A DNA stretch of 64,000 bases from Eledone cirrhosa. Taxonomy: Eukaryota. This document shows positions 26,618 to 39,256 of this stretch, one piece after another. The position numbers and the translations under genes are program-made. The first letter of the stretch is position 1. Each line of letters opens with the position of its first letter. Where the stretch lies: assembly GCA_964016885.1 (NCBI GenBank), contig OZ024743.1, positions 286,874,001 through 286,938,000 of the forward strand, read 5' to 3'. The notes under the pieces were generated by a model, which was not told the DNA's origin, ran no database searches, and worked only from the letters and a program-made list of their open reading frames with translations.

Positions 26618-26725
<108 letters not shown>

Positions 26726-28989
26726 ATTTACCATCTGACAAAGCTACATAAAAAAATATATTTTGTACTGCCAAAATGTGGATAAAATAAAATAGTTATT
26801 CAAAAAATCTAACAAAATGTAAACAAATTTTAACAGGTAACAAGGATTTTTAAAACCACCATTTTCTTTCGTCATGACAAAGTGTGCTTGAGTATAGAAG
26901 TTACTACAACAGTCTCTAAAGGATGCAAAAGGTGATAAATCAATGCATGTGTTAGGTTATAGTTCATATTCTTATTTTCCAAAAGTAATAGCAAGTGTAG
27001 AAATATAAATAGTTGTTTCTAAAATTCACAATAAGTTTAATTCATTGGCTTTAAATAAAATTTACTCAAGATGAATACATTTTAATATAAGGACTTTTAA
27101 TCCAATGTATTTCTTTCAAATACTGCATTGAGTCCTTTATAGTATTATATGAAACCAGCATCAATACAATGCAATACAATGTAAAATAGTATCTTAATCT
27201 AAAATCACAAATTCACAGTACAATATAAAATCACAATGATGTGAAGAATAATTCTAATATTAAATTTCACTACAGCAGTAAACTTCATGTCAATATTTTT
27301 GAACCAATGCTTTAGTATTTCTTATCTCTCTGTTTATCTAGTTTAGAATACATCGCTGCATGTTGTAAGAGGGTTGGGTTCGTGTCAAAATGGGAATCTG
27401 GCTGTAAAACATTGCCTCAAGTAGGACCCTGTGAGTATGAAGCTTATCATGGGGCCTTCAAGACAAATCCCTGCTTTCTTGAAAAGAAAAAAATGGACCT
27501 TAAAATACTTTTGCTTTTATATTTCTTATCTTCATATGTCTTAAGATAAATAACTGGACTCAAAAGATGTGTTGTCAGAGTAGATTTTTGTACAGAAATG
27601 AATTATTTGTAACTGGGCAACTGAAATTAAATTGACATCACCTGAGGTTCTCAGGTTATCATCATTATCATGATCACCATTTTACGTCCATTCTTTCATG
27701 CTAACATGGGTTAGATGAATAGTCCTGTTGTGGACAATGCCAGGTCAGGTGACCATGTCTTGCTCATACAGAACTGATTTTGGCTTGATTTCTACAGCTG
27801 GATGCCCTTCCTAACATTAACCTCATTTACAGTGAGTACTGGGTGCTTTTTACCATGGTGCCTCATATACAGTTTTAACTAAACCTGCCACTGTTCACAT
27901 TGATCTTTTGATCCTAGTCTCTTAAGCTAGGATACCACTAGTATATGTCAAGTAATTTTCCATACTACTAAGTCAGGCAGAAAATCAAAACTTCTACTAA
28001 CATTTTTATGATCTTCTCTTCCATGCAGGCATGGATTGGATGAGAATTTACAATTTCAGTGAGTTTTTATTCAGAGTTGCTGCTCTGTTAGGTGGAACAG
28101 GGTAGCCATATCATGCTTGTATATTCCAATTTTCGTATTGTTTTTCTGGCACCAACCACTTTACAGAGTGCACTGAATGTATTTTATGGTGGGATTGAGT
28201 ACTAGAGAGAGTGTCATGTCATCAACAAGACTTGAGTCCTCTTTACCCTACATGTATATATGTGTGCATACACGCGTGTGGATGTGTCTGTTTGTCTCCA
28301 TGTGATTACTTCACTGTACTAGCATTGATGGTGATATTTGTTTATGTCTTACATAAATAAAATGTCCTGTAGCTCACTAGTTCAAGCTACAAAAATGAGT
28401 ACCTTACTTTAAAAAAAATCATTATGACATGAGGAAGGACATCTGACAATAGAACACTCCATGGGAAAGTTTCACACAACCCATACTAGCATGGAAAAAT
28501 GATGTTGATGATGATGTGTGTGTATATGTGCATACATATATATATATGTAAATAAGACCATTATTGCTCCAACCAGTCTACTCACCATCAATAACTACCC
28601 TATACATAGACATACATTGCACATATATACACTATATATATATATATATATATGTATACATATATATGCAAACAGGCAAGTAGGACTGTCAAACACACAA
28701 ATCTGAATGCAGACATATCCAGAACAAACTGAAAGCAGTCATTGAACGCCCTATACATAAATAATACACTCAGAAAACAAAGCTAATAATAAACAAAACA
28801 TCTAGTAGATAAGACCATCGAATTCCAAACTCGTAAAAAATACATTCGTATAAACGAAGCCAATCATGAACTAAATGTCTATATTAGAACAAAGACACCC
28901 TCCATAATCCCAACCTCGGACAGTATCTATATTTCCTAACCCCTAACCTGCTCTAAATAGGAGTATGGGGAAGACTTTTTTCAAGCCCC

Positions 28990-31160
28990 CCTCCCAGTAG
29001 CAGTTATCAAACTTGATAATAGTTTTCCTAGCCTCTAGAATAATATTAATTTCGTCCTCCGTTAGGTCGGAATTGAGTTTGGAAAACGATAGGGCTTTAC
29101 GTAAAGTACTGGGTGAGATTGAAGAGTAGTATTCGTCTATGTCGAATTGTATAAACTTAGACGTAACTCTTAATTTGAATACTGGACAGATACGACCCTT
29201 CCACAAGAAAAATGAGAACCTTACCTATATCAATTTTAACTCAAACCACCCACTTTCCATGATCAAATCAATTCCCCGTAGTATTTCTCTCAGAATCTCT
29301 CGTCTATCGTCTAACTCTGAGATTTTCAATGAACATGCTGAATACTATAATAACGCATTAAGAAATGCCGACCGCTGGGATAAAATAGAATACATTGATA
29401 AGAATCTCCATAACACACATAGCTCTATACGAAATCAAAGAATATGTAACCGGTGTACAGAAATACAAGCGCACACACGCAGTACCACCAGACATACTAA
29501 TAATGGAAAATCATCACCAAATAAATCACGTTGTAGAAAGTATATCTGGTATAATCCCATTTTTAATGCTTCAATTAGTACAAAACTATCTCTTTCATTC
29601 TTTAAGTTAATTAACAAGCATTTCCCTAGTTCCCATAAGTACAGTAAGATTCTAAACTCTAAGACTATTAAACTATCATACTCCACTGCACCAAACCTTG
29701 AAGCATACATAAAAAAAACTTAACTTAAAGCAATTAAACAACACTACAAAACAAAATATTTTAGTAACAGATGAGCATAACGTAGTATCGGCCTCCCAAC
29801 CACCAAATGGGAGACGGGTACTACACAACCCACCTGAACTGTTATCCCAACTTATCCATGGTATACCTGCTACCCACAACAAAAACTGCAACTGCTACCT
29901 ACCCGAAAGATGCCCATTGAAGAATAAATGCCTAGAGTCCAACATTGTTTATCAATGCACTGTCGAATCGAACGACCAGAAATGGTATTACATCGGGTCT
30001 ACTACTATCTCCTTTAAATCTCGCTGGTATCGTCATCGATTCTCGATTAAACATCCTAATCACCGTCTTGTGACTACGCTCGCCAATAAGACATGGGAAC
30101 TCCGAGAATGCAACCGGCATTTCACCTTGAAATGGGATAAACTTTCCAGTGCTAGTGCATATCGGAGTGGATTGAAATACTGCAGATTATGCAAACTTGA
30201 ACTCTTTTACATCTTAAAATCCAAAAATAAATTACTAAATGACAGAATCGAACGATCATTATACTGCAACCACAAACTGAAGGCTAAATTCTCTCACTAT
30301 AAAATAACTTAACATTCGAACCCGAGACTATAACATCGCTTTCTCGCTAACTATTTTCTCTCAATAACTACTTCCTAACTATATCCCCCACCCCCACACT
30401 ACAAGACAATACCCTGCTTATCATTATAAATGGCTACTTAAGTGCGAATTGTAGACTACAACTATGGACTCCATGTACCCCATCTCGTAGCTTTCGTCTG
30501 TCCCCTCTCTATCTCTCTTTCTTCCTCTCTTTCTCTCTCGCCCTCGGTCTACCTCCCTCCCTCTCCACATCTATGAACCTGCTCTCTGTGGCAATACATA
30601 ATTCCAACCTTAACTATATCAACACACCGCCTAAGGTTGTCACTTTGAGAGTAAGCAGTATAATAAAACCCCTACCACAACATTTTGATTAAGATATCTT
30701 TATTCTTCAAACCACTCTCTCCCATTTCTCCAACCCCTACATATCTCTCTCTCCCCTTCTTTCTCTCTTCCTTTTCTACTCTATCTTCCCCAATAACTTC
30801 CTTTAAGAAATACAAGGGTATTTACATTTTAACCATTCTGCTCTGAGGAAATGGTAGAAGCAGCATTTGAAAATTGAGTTTCTGCAAATAATTGCCAATT
30901 TGCACATAGCATGACTAGGGTTTATAACTACTGTTGAAACATTTGTAAGCACTCGGAATAAATTACCTTTTTATGATGTCTACCTGTTATTATTCATTCT
31001 TTATCTACACTCCGGAATACAGAAGGATCAGAAACTGAGTTTCTTCAACTATTGTTCCATAACTCGTTGAGTAACCCCTCACCGTACGTCAACTCTATCT
31101 AGTGTAGTAATTAACCATTACTGCATTCAGGATAATGCTAAGCATTTCTTGCATAACCTA
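28990..31160 (+). mobile_element. Penelope-like element with inverted 5' RT fragment; GIY-YIG at 29917-30312; HHR in 3' region
   Basis: LDVTLNL, IWYNPIF, KLSYSTAPN, CNC..CPL, IVYQC..YYIGST, KW, CRLC, CNH; minus-strand FIQFDIDEYYSSIS at ~28995-29160. Confidence 0.88.
30839..30951 (+). ncRNA. Hammerhead ribozyme with ~86-nt stem II region
   Basis: tgct-CTGAGGA-aatggtag...ctactgtt-GAAAC attt GTA-agca. Confidence 0.7.
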
Positions 31161-31969
31161 ATATATATATATATATATATTGTTATACTTTGGGAGGGTC
31201 ATGTTGCCAATAAGAAACACACGCACCAGTTGCTTTCACTTCAATTTATTATATATTTATAAATTTATAAATTTCTGGTTGGTTGGTTGGTTCCACAACC
31301 AGATAGTTGTTTATATATAGTCATAGTTCTTTCGTCACACACTCTGTGACCTCTTCAGTGACTGGGGATTCCTTTCTTTGTTTCTGTGCCTCTCCTTTGT
31401 TCTGTCCTACGCCATTTTGTTTCTGTGTGTGTGTTGTGTGCTCAGTCTGCGCATGCGCCACATCCAGGTGTCTGTGTGTGTTTATGTTCATTTATTTATT
31501 TGTTTATTTACATGTTACTGGTTGGTTGTTTGTTCTATGTGTGTGTGTGTTTTCATTTTGTCCTTAATTGTAAGTTGTGATGTTGCTGTTCCACTCATAT
31601 TTTCTATTTAATTTTGGTTGTAATTCTTTTATGTTTATTGCCTCTGTAATTTGTCTAAACATTGCGTCTTTTCTGTGTGTAGATTCTATTTTTATTTCTA
31701 TGTTCTCTAATTTACCCTTGTGTTCTATTTTAGCATGTTGGTAGAGTACAGATGATTCTTTATTATCTTGAAGGTCTCGCCAGTGTTCATTTATCCGTTC
31801 CCCTACACTACGAGCTGTCTCACCTATGTACACTATATTTTTGTCTCTACATTCTCATTCAGTACATCTTATGCTATACACTACATTTCTAGTTTTACAG
31901 TTAATATGGGGGCTTATTTTACAGGTTATACATTTCTTATCTATACATGAGGGTCTTTGAAAAGGGTCT

Positions 31970-32368
31970 TTTCAAAGACCCTCATGTATAGATAAGAAAT
32001 GTATAACCTGTAAAATAAGCCCCCATATTAACTGTAAAACTAGAAATGTAGTGTATAGCATAAGATGTACTGAAGGAGAATGTAGAGACAAAAATATAGT
32101 GTACATAGGTGAGACAGCTCGTAGTGTAGGGGAACGGATAAATGAACACTGGCGAGACCTTCAAGATAATAAAGAATCATCTGTACTCTACCAACATGCT
32201 AAAATAGAACACAAGGGTAAATTAGAGAACATAGAAATAAAAATAGAATCTACACACAGAAAAGACGCAATGTTTAGACAAATTACAGAGGCAATAAACA
32301 TAAAAGAATTACAACCAAAATTAAATAGAAAATATGAGTGGAACAGCAACATCACAACTTACAATTAA
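31970..32368 (+). CDS. PLE Zn-finger linker + GIY-YIG endonuclease fragment (no RT, no true start)
   Basis: CIDKKCITC...C.TRNVVYSIRC...YIGETARSVGERINEH...FRQITEAINI...LNRKYEW; mirror arm has GGA>TGA. Confidence 0.85.
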   Translation, partial: FQRPSCIDKKCITCKISPHINCKTRNVVYSIRCTEGECRDKNIVYIGETARSVGERINEHWRDLQDNKESSVLYQHAKIEHKGKLENIEIKIESTHRKDAMFRQITEAINIKELQPKLNRKYEWNSNITTYN

Positions 32369-32568
32369 GGACAAAATGAAAATACACACACACATAGAAC
32401 AAACAACCAACCAGTAACATGTAAATAAACAAATAAATAAATGAACATAAACACACACAGACACCCGGATGTGGCGCATGCGCAGACTGAGCACACAACA
32501 CACACACAGAAACAAAATGGCGTAGGACAGAACAAAGGAGAGGCACAGAAACAAAGAAAGGAATCCCC

Positions 32569-32613
32569 AGTCACTGAAGAGGTCACAGAGTGTGTGACGA
32601 AAGAACTATGACT
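32569..32613 (+). ncRNA. Minimal hammerhead ribozyme (mirror at 31319-31363 -)
   Basis: agtca-CTGAAGA-g-gtcaca gagtg tgtgac-GAAAG aa CTA-tgact. Confidence 0.72.
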
Positions 32614-32809
32614 ATATATAAACAACTATCTGGTTGTGGAACCAACCAACCAACCAGAAATTTATAAATTTATAAATATATAATAAATTGAAGTGAAAGC
32701 AACTGGTGTGTGTGTTTCTTATTGGCAACATGACCCTCCCAAAGTATAACAATATCGGTTTCAACACACGATTTCAGATAAAGAATCTTGCTAAACAAAT
32801 TCAGAAACG

Positions 32810-32862
<53 letters not shown>

Positions 32863-33566
32863 AATTTTAGTACAGCATTAACGAAGCCTTAGTTTGCGGC
32901 CAATCTAACGGATGCAAATTCGGTATGTAGCTTTAGTACTCGATAGGGAATAGTACCCCAGAGTAATAACAATACGTTTAGACAGCTTAGAAAATCAAAT
33001 ATAGCGATCGGCAGTCCAGCCGAATTACCACAGCAACGAAAATGGTTGGACTCAGGAAAAGATTTTAGACTGACCTGGACATAGCGTTGAGACCGAATGC
33101 AACATGTAATGCATATCGTATAGCATACGATATACATCACATACAACACACAACATCCACGCTAGGTTTCTGCAAATCCAAGATCGACAAATTCCGCTTG
33201 CATGGGTCTGCAACTTAATGGTCTTTGACGACAGAACAAAGGATTTCCTTCTTCAACGAGTCTTGTGTTCTTTAGCCTCTGCGGGTATGTTCTAGCAGTA
33301 AATTTCGCTATAGACACGTGCTTTTCTCCAAGACAGGTAACCCCCGTTTTAGCGGTGAATTCGAAATTTGAGACAAAGGAATGAAATTCCCTTAGACAAA
33401 CCGAATTAAGCTCAACCAGAAGTCATCAAACAAACATAAACAATTAATCAATCAAGAGAATTGTCTAATATATATATAGTGAAAAATTGAACGGGAACAA
33501 AACAGAGAGGCAGTACGAACAAAGGTTTATTAGTTTCACGCTCTTGAGAGTAGGGTGGTGGTGGGG

Positions 33567-33600
33567 GACGACGTTTCGGGCATAAGCCCTTCTTCAGGTG
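33567..33600 (-). ncRNA. Minimal hammerhead motif (degenerate relative at ~36628-36665 +)
   Basis: cac-CTGAAGA-a-gggc ttat gccc-GAAACGTC-gtc; palindromic ACGT stem III; stem I only 2 bp. Confidence 0.55.
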
Positions 33601-33705
33601 AAAAGTGTGTGGGAAGAGAGTTCCAAGGGTGTGTAGGGGAGTGGTGGAGAGACATATAGCAAAAAGGGGGTGAGAGGAAACGGTGCAAATGAAATTAAAA
33701 ATAAA

Positions 33706-33747
<42 letters not shown>

Positions 33748-33834
33748 TATACATATACATATACACACACATATATATATACGTACATATATATACATAT
33801 ATATATATATATACAGTATATATATATATGTATA

Positions 33835-33885
<51 letters not shown>

Positions 33886-33890
33886 GTATA

Positions 33891-33975
<85 letters not shown>

Positions 33976-34025
33976 CGAATTTTGTTTATCGTGAACTCGT
34001 GCGCCGATTTTTCGATACTCGATCA

Positions 34026-34096
<71 letters not shown>

Positions 34097-34108
34097 ATAG
34101 ATGTATAT

Positions 34109-36353
34109 ATACAATTAACAACAAAGACCGCTTAGAACATAGGTATATCTTTAATTGCTAACAGTGTTTCGTCCACACTAGAAGTGGGACTCTTCAGAGC
34201 ATAAAGAGTAAATACATAGTATACAAGCATTGACAAAGCCAAAACAGAAGAATATATGTGGGGATACCATAAGTTGGGAGGAGTTTAAAGAGTAAAGTAA
34301 AAGGAGTAAAATAAGAAAAGAGTAAAATAAAAATAAACATAAAAATAAGAATAAAAATAAAAATAAAAATAAAAATAAAAATAAAAATAAAAATAAAAAT
34401 AAAAATAAAAATAAAAATAAAAATAAAAATGAAAAATAAGAAATGTTATCACTCACAGTTGGGCAGGGTTCCGTTAACATACAGCTACATACAAGTATAT
34501 GCATAAGCATGAGCACCCGCATGCACCTACACACAAGCACCCGTATGCAACACATACAGTATACACTAATACAAATAACATATCATAGACGGATGGGCAC
34601 AAGTTAAGAGATAGAGATAGATAAGAAATAGATAAGAGGTAGATAAAAAATAGATAAAAAATAGATAAAAAATAGATAAAAAATAGATAAAAAAATAGAT
34701 AAAAATAGATAAAAATAGATAAAAATAGATAAAAAATAGATAAAAAATAGATAAAAAATAGATAAAAAATAGATAAAAAATAGGTAAAAAATAGATAAAA
34801 AATAGATTAAAAATAGATTAAAAATAGATAAAAATAGATAAAAAATAGATAAAAAATAGATAAAAGATAAAAAATAAAATAAAATAAAATAAAATAAAGT
34901 AAAGTAAAATATACACCAGAAGATAAATAAAACTACACCAAAAAAAATGGAGTAAAATATACACCATAAAGGAAGGTGTGGGTAAAGATAAGACTGGCAA
35001 ATGCATAAGCTATCAAGCTATGTTCACAAGTGATATACGTACAACACATAAAATACACAAAAATATATATACAAAAATATATATAAAAAATATATATAAA
35101 AGAGACGTATATATAAGGATATATATATATATATATATATACACATATCAGTCCAAGTAATGCATATTTATAAAGATGTAACTGGGGGTAAAAAGATGTA
35201 ATAAGGGTAATCAAGATAGTAATTATTGTTGAACTGCGACTAACTGCAACACCTAAGGCGTCCGTGTGCTCCTGATATATTCCATATATCATCATGGGTC
35301 AACACTAGTGTCACCTTAGGATTTCTATAATAATATTATTATTACATGCCCTAATAATTACCATCTTGATTACCCTTATTACATCTTTTTACCCCCAGTT
35401 ACATCTTTATAAATATGCATTACTTGGACTGATATGTGTATATATATATATATATATATCCTTATATATACGTCTCTTTTATATATATTTTTTATATATA
35501 TTTTTGTATATATATTTTTGTGTATTTTATGTGTTGTACGTATATCACTTGTTGAACATAGCTTATGCATTTGCCAGTCTTATCTTTACCCACACCTTCC
35601 TTTATGGTGTATATTTTACTCCATTTTTTTTGGTGTATTGTTTTATTTATCTTCTGGTGTATATTTTACTTTACTTTATTTTATTTTATTTTATTTTATT
35701 TTTCATCTTTTATCTATTTTTTATCTATTTTTATCTATTTCTTATCTATTTTTTATCTATTTTTATCTATTTTTTATCTATTTTTTATCTATTTTTTATC
35801 TACCTCTTATCTATTTCTTATCTATCTCTATCTCTTATCTTAACTTGTGCCCATCCGTCTATATGTTATTTGTATTAGTGTATACTGTATGTGTTGCATA
35901 CGGGTGCTTGTGTGTAGGTGCATGCGGGTGCTCATGCTTATGCATATACTTGTATGTAGCTGTATGTTAACGGAACCCTGCCCAACTGTGAGTGATAACA
36001 TTTCTTATTTTTCATTTTTATTTTTATTTTTATTTTTATGTTTATTTTTATTTTACTCTTTTCTTATTTTACTCCTTTTACTTTACTCTTTAAACTCCTC
36101 CCAACTTATGGTATCCCCACATATATTCTTCTGTTTTGGCTTTGTCAATGCTTGTATACTATGTATTTACTCTTTATGCTCTGAAGAGTCCCACTTCTAG
36201 TGTGGACGAAACACTGTTAGCAATTAAAGATATACCTATGTTCTAAGCGCTCTTTGTTGTTAATTGTATTACGGCTCTGTCCTCTGACATTGGGCTAACC
36301 ATATACTGCCTATTTGATAAGTGGAGTGTTACACACTCCCAATTCTCTCCCTT
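34109..36353 (+). mobile_element. Non-coding fold-back element with HHRs (arms ~34109-35227 / ~35353-36269) and 15-bp TSD
   Basis: Long inverted repeat, ~125-nt spacer, unique 3' tail 36270-36353; tatagatgtatatat at 34096-34110 and 36355-36369. Confidence 0.8.
36177..36222 (+). ncRNA. Hammerhead ribozyme (mirror at 34156-34201 -)
   Basis: tgct-CTGAAGA-gtcc cac ttcta gtg t ggac-GAAAC act GTT-agca. Confidence 0.82.
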
Positions 36354-36358
36354 ATATA

Positions 36359-36414
<56 letters not shown>

Positions 36415-36422
36415 TATACATA

Positions 36423-36460
<38 letters not shown>

Positions 36461-36462
36461 CA

Positions 36463-36556
<94 letters not shown>

Positions 36557-36735
36557 TTTTTCGTTTTTTTGTGTGTCTTTACTGGACCTTTTTTCTGTTC
36601 CATTATGATCTTTCTCTAGTTTGTAATATCCTGAAGAAGGGCTTAAGCCCGACATGTGAAACTTTCTTTCCTCTTTCCAATATAAAGCATGAAACTAAAA
36701 ATTTTGCACTGCTGTTTGTTGTCTCCTTGAACTAT

Positions 36736-36736
<1 letters not shown>

Positions 36737-36772
<36 letters not shown>

Positions 36773-37320
36773 CTGTTTTACGTCCATTCTTCCACGCTAG
36801 CATGGGTTAGATGGGTTGTCCTGCTGTGGGTAATGCCAGGTCAGGTGACCATGTTTTGCTCATACAGAACTGATTTTGGTTTGATTTCTACAGCTGGATG
36901 CCCTTCCTAACACCAACCTCATTTACAGTGAGTGCTGAGTACTTTTTTTGTCATGACACCTACACAACCACTTTACAGTGGGAGGGTGTGGGGGCATACT
37001 GTCTATATGCTTCAGCTTTGGCTTGTACCCATGGGAAGTCGGGTCTTCTGTATTACTGCGTAATGCCAGAGGTCTCGGTCCTGTGTCATCACCTTTGAGA
37101 GGTGCAATTTGGCAAGGCAGCTTCTATCACCTCATCCCAGGTCTTCTTGGGTCTCCCCACTCCAAGGCATCCATCGGCTTTTAGTGCTCTGCACCTTTTT
37201 ATGCAGCTGTCATCCTTCATACACATCACATGTCCACACCAACGCAATCTCCTCTCCTGCACACAGCATTTGATTTCTCTTATGCTTAGTGTTTCTCTCA
37301 ATTCATTTATGGTTTGCTGT
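36737..37320 (-). mobile_element. RTE 3' fragment
   Basis: ERRLRWCGHV...GRPKKTW; (GAT)n tail. Confidence 0.88.
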
Positions 37321-37331
37321 TCATATACACA

Positions 37332-37413
<82 letters not shown>

Positions 37414-37417
<4 letters not shown>

Positions 37418-38862
37418 GTGGAACACTGGAAGGTAATATCCGTAGTGGTAGAGCACTCAGTCCAAGGGACGAGTTAGGTAGAAGTGGTTACACAACAGTT
37501 GGTTCACCATACCGAGAACAATTCTTTCACCTTCGTGGATCTTCAGCTCGGGATGTGTATGGTTATAGGAATAGGAAGGACAACCGTACGAACGCGCATG
37601 CGCATAAACTCGGTCACTTCACACAGGCAATACTAGACTGCGTGCGGGGGGGGGGGGGAGTAAGGGAGATAACTGCGAAAGTCCGGAAAGTTTTTTGGTT
37701 GAAAATAAAAAAAATTAAAAATAAAATTACAAAGAATCAGTCCGGAGCCTTGTAGTTATGCAATAGATGTTTGGTGACGTGTGAACAACGTGTGAAAAAT
37801 TCACTCCTCGTGTTTAGGCAATCACTATTGCGTAATCTCTTTAGGATAGTTATTCGTTCGTCAATACATAAGCCACACATCGGATTTCCCCTTGCGTATG
37901 GCTTGGACTTAGTGATGGCTTTCCATTGAATGGAGTACCCTATACTTGAGTCCTTGAGGGACCATACGTGGCTCGCGAGTTTCGTGGATGAACGTCTGTC
38001 CGGGTATCTGAAGGTAGACTGGTGGTTCAGGAAACGCTCCTTGAATCGGCCCTCCGCCATGCCCACATAGGATTTGACCTCCTGTGGTTCGTTTGGTCGG
38101 TTGGAAGTGACCACAGCTTCATAGATTACAGCTGGTGTGTTGCATTGTTGTTGAAGGGGGCAAGCTTCAGGCTTACGGCAAGAGCAACCTGGTGGGGTGT
38201 TGCTCCTAGGGCTGCTGGTGATGTGGGCTTTCATGTTCTTAGCGCAGGAGTATCCTAGTTAAACTTTGTGTCGGTTAAAGATGGAGTGGTATTTATAACC
38301 TATGGGGAAGTGTCTATCTAAGAGGGCTAGAAATTTTTTTCCTACATTGGTTTTAACGTTGAGTGAGAAGGGAGGAAATAACCAGATAGTTTGTCTATTG
38401 TTGTGCTTACTTTTCTTAATGGTGTTGTTGCTAGTGGGAGAGTAGGTGATAAGTTGTGAGAAGCCGCTGTTAGCCAACGCCGTGTTATAGTAGGGTGCCA
38501 CCCTGTCAAAGATAGCCTTATTAGAGGAGAGGTTTGAGATTCTAGTACTGATATTCTTAACGAAGTTTCTAAAAACAGTGGAAGGGTGGCATGAGTCCTT
38601 GTGAATGTAATTAAGTTTCTCGTTTAGCTTATGGAAGGGTATGTGGGTGTGTGTGCGAAGGTCTAAATTAATGTCTAAGAAATCTACGCTAGAGAGGTTG
38701 GTGGCTACTGTTATCCTAAGGCCTAACTCATTGAAGGTAGAAGCTAAGTCCTTTTTAAACCGGTCGAGGTCGTGACCACTTTTATGGCTCGATAAAGTCA
38801 GTCCATCGTCACGGTATATTCCCGTGTGGAAGTCCGGGAATCTAACACGTAATATGTCTATG

Positions 38863-38866
<4 letters not shown>
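37414..38866 (-). mobile_element. Penelope-like element, 5'-truncated; RT(YRDD)-thumb-GIY-YIG frame with one premature stop
   Basis: GIYRDDGL at ~38800-38823; IWLFPPFS; stop at 38259; CSC..CPL; VIYEA..YVGMA; QWK; CGLC; RSE; CSH; (TA)n on both sides. Confidence 0.9.
37512..37551 (-). ncRNA. Minimal hammerhead ribozyme in PLE 3' region
   Basis: ccgag-CTGAAGA-tccacgaaggt-GAAAg aatt GTT-ctcgg; one mismatch in stem III. Confidence 0.7.
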
Positions 38867-38931
<65 letters not shown>

Positions 38932-39256
38932 TATGTATATTTTTTATATCTAGCAATATGAGGTATGTTTATGAATCAATATTTGAAAGCCTTCAGCTAT
39001 GAATTTTGGAAACTGATGATGTAGAGCCATCTAACAGATTCCAGCAGAAGCAAGAATTTCTGACTCTGGTCATTATCAAGACAATGCTCCTTTTCCCTGC
39101 TCTCTGCTGGAACTCAATATAGGCGAAAACATAGTTTTGACACCTATGTACATGGGCTGATTAGCCTCATTTGCATATATATATGTATAATTATACTTAA
39201 CTCATCCTACGGAGTAAGTGCTCTTACTCTTGGATATTTCTACCAAAATCATATAT

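Larger units (their letters stand above)
31177..32812 (+). mobile_element. 5'-truncated PLE as ~790-bp-arm palindrome (centre 31966, 3-nt loop) carrying GIY-YIG C-terminus and HHR on each arm
   Basis: Arms 31177-31964 and 31968-32755 are near-perfect reverse complements; (TA)n flanks. Confidence 0.9.

Noticed and set aside
31850-31865. In-frame TGA in the left-arm GIY-YIG as selenocysteine (some Naiad PLEs encode Sec)
   Set aside because: It replaces Gly (GGA) in the other arm, not Cys, and no SECIS was recognised; a point mutation is simpler
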